From Balanoglossus misakiensis (taxonomy: Eukaryota > Animalia > Hemichordata): a stretch of 64,000 nucleotides of DNA. Positions 56,148-64,000 of the stretch are shown one piece after another (within the stretch, counting starts at the first letter, position 1; every line of letters starts with the position of its first letter). The notes beneath the pieces were generated by a model that did no database searches, had not been told where the DNA came from, and saw only the letters and a list, made by a program, of their open reading frames with translations. The DNA is taken from contig CM082584.2 of NCBI GenBank assembly GCA_040954595.2, forward strand, positions 5,956,110 through 6,020,109, read 5' to 3'. The translations under genes and the position numbers were made by a program.

Positions 56148-56243
56148 GATGGATGGATGGATGGATGGGCGGACGGACAGACGGACGGAGGTATGGATGG
56201 ATGGATGGATGGATGGATTGATAGACGGACGGATGGATGGATG
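56148..56243. repeat. (GGAT)n/(GGAC)n microsatellite
   Basis: Directly visible. Confidence 0.92.
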
Positions 56244-57204
56244 ATACGAACATATTTTTCATATTCCGCATCTTATATAATGCTACTTTTGTGTACCTGT
56301 GTGTGCTACACAAGCTAAAGTGACTTCTGCCACACTCGTACTTACCGTATCCATCACTACTGCGACCTCCTTTTTCAGCTCTCTGATCTGATACGTTCAA
56401 TGACCCGGATCCCATTTCAAAATGTCAATAATTGTTCGCCTGTTTTGGCACAAAATCGTGATTATTAGCATTTTATCTCCTAAGATTACCAAGGGCTTTG
56501 TACTAGAGTTTCTCATGCATGCTGCCGCTAGGGGGACATTAGACCAGTTTGAACTACTGACAAGTCAGCGATAAGATAGAATGTCGAGAGTTTGTATAAT
56601 AGTGGTGTTTTGAACAAATGTACTGAAGTTTTAGCAGTTCCATGTGCATGATGGCCCACTGCTTATACCAAGCATGCACAAAGAACGACAATGGCAGTTT
56701 TACTGACCAAGTCTTTCCATAAGGCTTGTCCGGTACAGATGCATGGCATCATGTATGAAATTGCGCAACATCCATGACACCACATCACTTCTTATCAACC
56801 GAGTAAAGTTCACTCCTTATTAACTGTCGACATTAGCCTAATCTCGCCGAACTTTGAAATGGAAAACTTTTATCGAACAGTAAAGGCTAAAGGTCTGTAC
56901 ATCGGGCACAAGATAGACAGTTTGTATTAGTGACCCTGGACAGGTGAATTCGACGCTGTACGAGCTTAATAGCAGGAAATTGATTCACCGAACGTCGGTG
57001 GATCTGACGGCCATATTGTTCTGGTCGACACGGTGGTGGATCCCTTTCACTTGAAATGTTTACGTAAAAGCTATAGAGTTCTACCACGTAAGCGAAATTC
57101 GGGTGCCCATAACATCATGAGCTGGACTTGCTATGGTCCGGTAGAATAGAAAAAAAGTGACAGGGTTCCTTTCGTGTAAAGCCATGGGGGGGGGGGGGGT
57201 TCCA

Positions 57205-57280
57205 TTAGGCCAAAAAATATGTGCTGTTCCGATTACCCGACCTACCCTAATTTTAATCCGCCGACGCTAAATGTTTTTAA
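57205..57280 (+). mobile_element. Possible terminal fragment of a non-autonomous DNA transposon
   Basis: ttaggccaaaaaatatgtgctgttccgattacccgacctaccctaa resembles repeat ends I recall from marine invertebrates; no partner end found in the window. Confidence 0.3.
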
Positions 57281-57617
57281 GTTTGTACATGTACATATAC
57301 ATACATGCATATACATACAGACATGCATCTGTCCATCTATCCATCCAGCGGATAGCTAATTACCGATAAAGTCCCATCAATCAAATATGTATCCCTCGAG
57401 CTAACCGGTGCAGTTTGATGCGCGTAGACACATGTACGCATGTTGTCGGTCGGCAAGTTATCTTGATTGACGGCGCGGCAACCAATGCGCGAGCGAATGT
57501 GCCATTGTGGAGCAGCCCCTCGTTTTGAACGGCATAGATATCTGTCTGAATTTTAACATCGACACCACAACTCGGCGGAGGTTCCCATCGACCGCACACA
57601 CACTGGGACCGCTAAGG

Positions 57618-60600
57618 ATGATTCGACATAAACTGCCCTTGGCAGTGGCGGTGTTTCTTTCAAGTAAGTGATTTCCACCTTCCCTAAAATGCAACTGACT
57701 ACTTCATGTCGACATTACTTTGTACTGAAAACAGCTATGGGTGTCATCCGATCGAAATACCTGTTAAAAGTAGTTCCGATTCTTCTTCGCGTTATTTTAC
57801 CTTGGCTCTAACATGATCTGATCACATACATGTAAATTTTCCATCTCCTTTTATTGTTCTTCTGCATGTTATTATTGATATTTACTAATTTAGACAGGGT
57901 GCATTTTACTTTATTCAATCTTTTATTCAATTTCGGAGTTCCAAATGATGCACATCTTTATTCCGAACGATCCCGAATTCCTAAAAGTACAGAATAAAAC
58001 CAAACCACGCAGTTGTGCGTTTTTAGAAGAAGAAAACAAGTTTATTCTAAGATATAAAGGGATGGTATTCATTTGCGCAGTTGAATTTTACAAGTAAAAG
58101 GTAACACTGACATATTCGTGTTGAAATGATGAGGTCATATCTTTCATCTCTCTATGTCCCTGTGTCTGTCGTTTCCCTTGTTCCCCCTGTCTGTGTGTCT
58201 GCTTGTGTCTCTGTGGATGTCCACCACTAACTTTCTGTTTGTCTATCTGCTTGTCTGTATATAGTTTTCGCTCATCCTGGGCTGGCCGGAAAAAGCCAAG
58301 CGGAATGTCAAACAACAGGTAAGACACTTTGCAGTTAGGTTAAATGTTATAACAGTATGTCAACGAAATATTATAGATGAGTATGGTTAGGTGATAAAGT
58401 GTGATAGCGGGGTATCTTTTGAATTAATGTTATCTATTTCCTCGTTTGCGGGGGCCATCATTTGCCCTCGTTCTATTGACAGCAGACGCCGCGCTTGTAG
58501 GCACCTGGAAATCGTCTCATAAAAATTCCATTTAAATCTGCGAGATATTTCTGAGATTGTGAGTCTGGTTTTGCTCGTTTAGCTTTGCAAATATTAATTA
58601 TTAACCATGCATGAACTCCTATAAAGAGACAATGATTGAATACACGGAATGAGTGGGCAACGCAAAAATGGTGAACTTAAACCTGAAAACACCAGAAAGA
58701 GAGTTGAAATTCTTATCTATTCTTGGCGTACGGTAAAATTGAAATTGTTATAATTTCTTTTAATTTATGGATTTTCGATTGTCCTTTGTGAGTATAATCA
58801 TACAAATTCGTCATAAAAAAATAACGGCCATGATCGCTCTTGTTTTTGAAGAACAAGACCGGCATTCATTTAGTCGCTAATGATGGTACAAGCTGCTGAG
58901 TCAGCATATTTTCACCTATGGCATGTCTATGAGCAAATACCTCTAATTATATTTATCTTAAAATTGAGGGTCGGAGACCATACGATTTGATTCGACCGCA
59001 GAGTAAGATTTTCGTTTGGTTAAGGTACGTGTAAGACGTCATTAAATGAATGTAGTAGACGTGTGTTTTCAAGCAATTCTCTATGTTATCACCCCTATAA
59101 TGTGCGTACATTTTTAACACTGCTTCAATATGGTCCTACTGTGATTGTCATATTTCAGCTTGTGTCGGACCAGGCAATTCGCTTACCTGGAATGACCATA
59201 ACTGTTGAATCTATGTTGATGTTTTACTAAGTTACATTACTTTGATTAGAAAGGGAATAACGTGATAAAAAAATACAGTTTTTTTCGTCACATTTAATAG
59301 AGTTTTAATATGTACACTTCTTGTGAATCAAGAATTGTTTAAATTGTGACGGAGCGTTGTCAAAAGAGCGTGGTGCCAACAATACCTAACAAACCGGTTG
59401 TTTCTACAGGTGTATATCCTGACGTGTTCATTGACGCCAAAGTCGACGAACGATGTGTGGATTACATCACCATAAGTTGGTCGCTGGATCCCTGCGTGAA
59501 TCCTGTGTATGGCGTTGGAAGTTACGTCATCACCATCGATCCCGCTACGGTGGAAGGCGTGACACAAATTGACCTCAAAGGGACGGAGGTTCTGATTGGA
59601 CTGTACGACCCCGTCACTGGGCGGATGGTCTACACCATTCAAACTATCCAACCCGAATTTTCGTATGAAATCACTGTTCTTGTCCGAGATCAAAATGATG
59701 TCAACGAAGCGACAATAAGTATCATAAGTGGTAAGTTACCGGGCTTTGACAGTAATATCCATTCTTTTTATTGTAAAAGAAACTAGCTTGAGTTATAATA
59801 TACAAATAACGGCGCGCATGCGTTCAAGGCACACAATACTCTTCTCAATCATAAACATCGTGACAGAGACGGATTTATTCGTCACTGAGATTAAAGCTCA
59901 CAGAATTAATCACGCCAGTTTCATTTATAAATCACTGAAATATCACTTCAGTATTGATTCTTTTATAGTTACATTTCCAGAACAGGTTTTGTTCTGCCGC
60001 CATACCCCTACGCCCAGCTGACCAACATTGTATACCCTAATATATATTTTGACGGTATAAAACCGAAGGGATTGTCTATAATGGCATAGCGTTGGATTCG
60101 TTGCACGATCGCTAGTACAGTACGGCCACCCTTATGCTTTCCTTGTAGATGACATCTGCTTCCAGGTATTAAATCCATGTCAAAATGGCGCCACGTGCTG
60201 TGATGATGGTGTGACCTATGAGTGCCGATGTGCAGGTGATTATGAAGGAGTGCACTGTGAAGACTTAGGTAATCCATGTGACCCAAATCCATGTCAAAAT
60301 GGTGGATTGTGCATTCGACAACATCCTGGATTCGTATGCAGCTGTGCAATAGGCTATAGCGGTACCTACTGTGAGACATGTAAGTACGAATAGGCCATCT
60401 TATTTTAATTTCAAAGAAGTATTTTGCGTACTGTTTGTAAGTTACTGCCTTTTGTTATATGATTATAATTACATATAATCCCATGATATCTTTCTTTGTT
60501 TGACGTCATCGTATACGAGTGGTTTTCGCGGAGCAGTGCAACTTCGAGCCGCAGGCGAGAAGTTGTACGCTTCCGCGAAAACCACGAGTATACGATGACG

Positions 60601-63600
60601 TTAAACAAAGAAAGATATCATGGGATTATATATTTATCACATGAACAGTCTTCTTATTTTTCGTTAGAAGAGGCAGGACTAAAACAATTCAGTACCTTGC
60701 AACAATTTTGGAGCGGTGTCGTATTTTACTGAGCGGGATTATGTCCCCCAGGAGATATATGTTGGGAGATTTTATGAATGATCAGCGATAGTTCATCATT
60801 TGCATATACGCAAATGGTGAACTATCGCTGATCATTCATAAAATCTCCCAACAAGTCGTCCCGTTGAGTTCCGTTCGCTCGAAGTTCGGCCTTACACAAA
60901 TGTAATCGATTCTCTAACAATTTTACTGCAACCTGTTGCCACGTCTTATACATTTCGTTGACCGGTGCAATAGAGAGGTTCAGTCGTCACGCTGAACTGG
61001 CTCGAAACAATTCCCCACGCTGATTCGACTCGGAACGTACCGGACTTGCGCCTAGCCTAGGCTATGTACACCTGACCCAAAACTTTGACAGCCACGATCG
61101 TCCATGATCGTTGCGTCGACTGTCTTCTTTCCAAATTCCACCTTTCTGTTTTGAGCTTACAAAGCGTTATTGTCATGGAACCGTAATTTTTTTATTTCAT
61201 TTCTGTATTGTAAATGCCGCGCGCTACACGTACTGTTTCTGTTTGACAACAAAGCTACGGCGAATCGGTGGAAATAGTTCCGGTTGATGACGTAACACAG
61301 GGGTGATCAGGATTTTTGATCTGTCCTGGTCTACGTCACACAGGTGGTGATCAGGGCCAGTTCATGTGATAATTATGTGTATTCTGTAACGTGGTAAAAT
61401 GCATAGTTTTTCAATACTAATTGGCAATCCCAGTGCAAATACTCAGAGTGATTCACCATTCGATAAACTAAAATTCAAGTATTGTTAGAACCACAGGTGT
61501 TCAGTATATGTTTTACAGGATGTTTTAATTATTACCACCGTCAAGTAAAAATGAAAGTTTCAATGATTAATAAGAATAATTTCTTTCGTGCTGCAGTGGT
61601 ACAGGTTCCCGTCGATTGCTCACTGAACAGCGTTGAAGCACATTGTACATCAGCTTTGATAGACTGGGAAGAAAGTGGAGTTGGTTTACCACCGGAAAGG
61701 TATGAGGTGCATGGAAACGTAATCGGTGAAACTGGAAAACTCTTCTTGTGTGGATGTGACTACCCGGAAACATCGTGCCTGGCAGATAACTTGGTGAAAA
61801 GTGCGACGTACCTCTATGAGATAGTGAGCATCGAGGGAGAGGACAGTGCAGCCTGTGATGACCTTGAACTGTTCACTCTAAAAGGTGAGGAAAGTTCGTG
61901 AAAGAACTTTTATTTGTCGGGATTCGAACCCAGGAACCGCCCTACCTATAGGAGTTGCAGCGATTAGTAGGTTGGATATTAACATATGGCTCCGTTACTT
62001 TGAACGGTGCGTATTTGATTGTTGCAAATTAAACGGCACAACTCTTTGCCACGAGAAGCAAATCTTGATTACACAAGTCATCCTTTCCAACTTGGCAGAT
62101 GTATATTACAGCTACAATTAAGGAATATAAAAATACAGCTTTCTAAAACACATTAAAGGAAATTTATATGTAAACTTCCTCTTCGTCATGGAAATCTATA
62201 TTTTTCTACTTTTATTTTTTTATAATTTATCAACAAATACCAATAGATGAACCGGCATACACAACATGCCCCGATGACCCAGCTCCTGTGAATGCAGGAA
62301 GTGAGGACCAAGCACGGGTTTGGTGGGAGGAACCACAGGCTGAGTGCGTGGGACCAGACACATATGAAAGATCATCACACATTCCCGGTGACTACTTCCC
62401 CGTTGGAACTACAACAGTCACTTACGAACTGATTGACAGCGCTGTGGTTGTTGACTCATGCGAGTTCTTTGTCACTGTGGAAGGTAAACTGTCTACAAAC
62501 AATATCTGTAACGCTTGTTTTTTATGAGAGTTACAAGTTCAACAGCTAATGGGATTAAAGCTTTGATAAAATGGCACATAGATATTACGCAAGAGTGGCA
62601 TTTTCGTAGTACTGAAATGGAACAAGCCCCAACTTAACTAAATTGTTATCCCTACACACAGCCTGAATGTCACGAAACGTTTTGTGTTTTGCTTGTCCTT
62701 GAGACATCAGTTCCAATTGTCCTGGGGACTCTTTGGGTTTCCACCATTAAGCTTTAGGACATTGCTTGACCAACACGACTTTGGTTGGCGACGAAATGGT
62801 ACAAGATCAAAAGCGTTTATGGCCATTTGAGTAATTTGAATTTTGATGGAGTCAGCCGTTATACTGTGGTTGCTTCCAACCATATATCTGTATGTTTCGA
62901 TCAATGTTTGATACCCACTCGACACCCACCCCCTTCCATTCCTGCGGAGAACGTAGAAACACCTCCGTACCATGGGGCTTTCATCCGGGAATGGACCACT
63001 TAAAGCATTTGCATTTTGGCAAGGAACTCCTCTGGACTCAACTTTTTGAAGCCCTTCTGAGTAACTTGCACGACTTGCAAGGCTGGTCATTCATATTAAC
63101 ACCATTCAAATCCGAAACCTTGTGTGATTGGAAATGCATATTCATTCTTTCCCTGCCATATTGCCTGGAAAACATTTTTTTCGGGGACTGCCATGTTTAT
63201 CCTTGTCAGCGAATACTAGTATGTACCACGATTGTTTTAGCTTTCGCTTTCCTTCACAGCGTCAACGAACAATGGCAGCCCTAACATCAAATGTGAAAGC
63301 AAACAATCTGGTAAGTCATTGTAAAATTTACATTGTTGTTACTGTTCAAATGAGCACTTCTAATATAGGTTATAGCTCTTTAAACATTTTCAAGACACGA
63401 AAAATACTGTGATCCCAGCTTTTCCATCAGTGTGAAGAGTGTATTTGGTGCGACGTTTCGCCGTAAAATTAGCGTTGTTTACGAGTGTGGTAAGATGCCA
63501 AAAACACCTAACAAGTTTCGCCGTAAAATTAGCGTTGTTTAAGAGTGTGGTAAGATGCCAAAAACACCTAACAAACCCGTCGTCTCCGCAGTTGTTTTTC

Positions 63601-63912
63601 CTGACGTGTTCTTTGACGCTAAAGTCGACGAACGATGTGTGGATTACATCACCATAAGTTGGTCGCTGGATCCCTGCGTGGATCCTGTTTATGAAGTCGG
63701 AAGTTACACCATCACGATCGATCCTGCGACGGTGGAAGGTGTGACACAAATTGATCTGCAAGGGGAAGAGGTTCTGAATGATTTGTACGACCCTATCACT
63801 GGACGAATGGTTTACACAATTGCAACCATCCAACCTGAAGTTTTTTATAACATCACTGTTCTTGTCCGAGACAAAACTGGTGCCAACGAAGCGACAATAA
63901 GTATCATAAGCG
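57618..63912 (+). CDS. Signal-peptide-bearing modular protein (FN3-like, EGF x2, FN3-like, HYR, FN3-like ...), hyalin-like; continues beyond right edge
   Basis: Exons 57618-57663 and 58265-58318 (MIRHKLPLAVAVFLSIFAHPGLA-GKSQAECQTT), 59410-59730 (FN3-like: ITISW..SYVITI..QPEFSYEITVLV), 60149-60379 (two EGF: NPCQNGATC..YECRC..YEGVHCE; NPCQNGGLC..CSC..GYSGTYCE), 61597-61884 (FN3-like), 62247-62483 (HYR: CPDD..VWWEEP..PGDYFPVGTTTVTY..CEFFVTV), 63260-63310, 63592-63912 (copy of the first FN3-like exon). All introns phase 1. Confidence 0.88.
60473..61372. mobile_element. Palindrome-rich non-autonomous element in an intron
   Basis: Long hairpin 60473-60631 (loop GAGCCGCAGGCGA), inverted repeats TTATCACATGAAC (60634-60646) and GTTCATGTGATAA (61360-61372), second near-perfect hairpin 60760-60853. 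Confidence 0.75.
61917..61965 (-). repeat. Degenerate tRNA-like / SINE remnant
   Basis: B-box-like GGTTCGAATCCCG on the minus strand without a complete cloverleaf. Confidence 0.3.
63455..63574. repeat. 60-bp tandem duplication, two near-identical copies
   Basis: gtttcgccgtaaaattagcgttgttta(c/a)gagtgtggtaagatgccaaaaacacctaacaa twice. Confidence 0.95.
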
Positions 63913-64000
63913 GTAAGAAGTTACGTTTTACCACTAATCACCTATCTTTTATTGAAAAAGCAAAATGCCATTATTTTGCGATTCTTTGCCTTGTTCATAT

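Noticed and set aside
59159-59173. Possible 15-nt micro-exon (ACVGP) in the HYR gene
   Set aside because: Needs a weak GC donor (gcaatt) and I see no equivalent in the duplicated unit.

Overview
Intron-rich, AT-rich animal genomic DNA, most likely an invertebrate deuterostome (hemichordate-like; this is inference). Most ORFs in the supplied track are spurious, so I rebuilt the genes by hand from splice sites and reading phase. In order: (1) a minus-strand latrophilin-like adhesion GPCR (signal peptide, half-EGF, C-type lectin, two SUEL lectins, HormR, GAIN/GPS, TM1; runs off the left edge); (2) a ~17 kb gene-poor stretch with a decayed Penelope-like fragment; (3) two tandem paralogous CUB-LDLa-TM genes; (4) a THAP-domain ORF; (5) tRNA-Ala(CGC); (6) a selenoprotein J / crystallin J1-like ADP-ribosylglycohydrolase-fold gene with Cys at the Sec position; (7) a signal-peptide-bearing FN3-like/EGF/HYR repeat protein that runs off the right edge. 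The SelJ-like locus is the most interesting. It has two homologous alternative first exons, one predicting a soluble protein and one a type II membrane-anchored (lumenal/ecto) form. Both sit in a cluster of IRF/ISRE and NF-kB motifs, and the 3'UTR has SECIS-like remnants.
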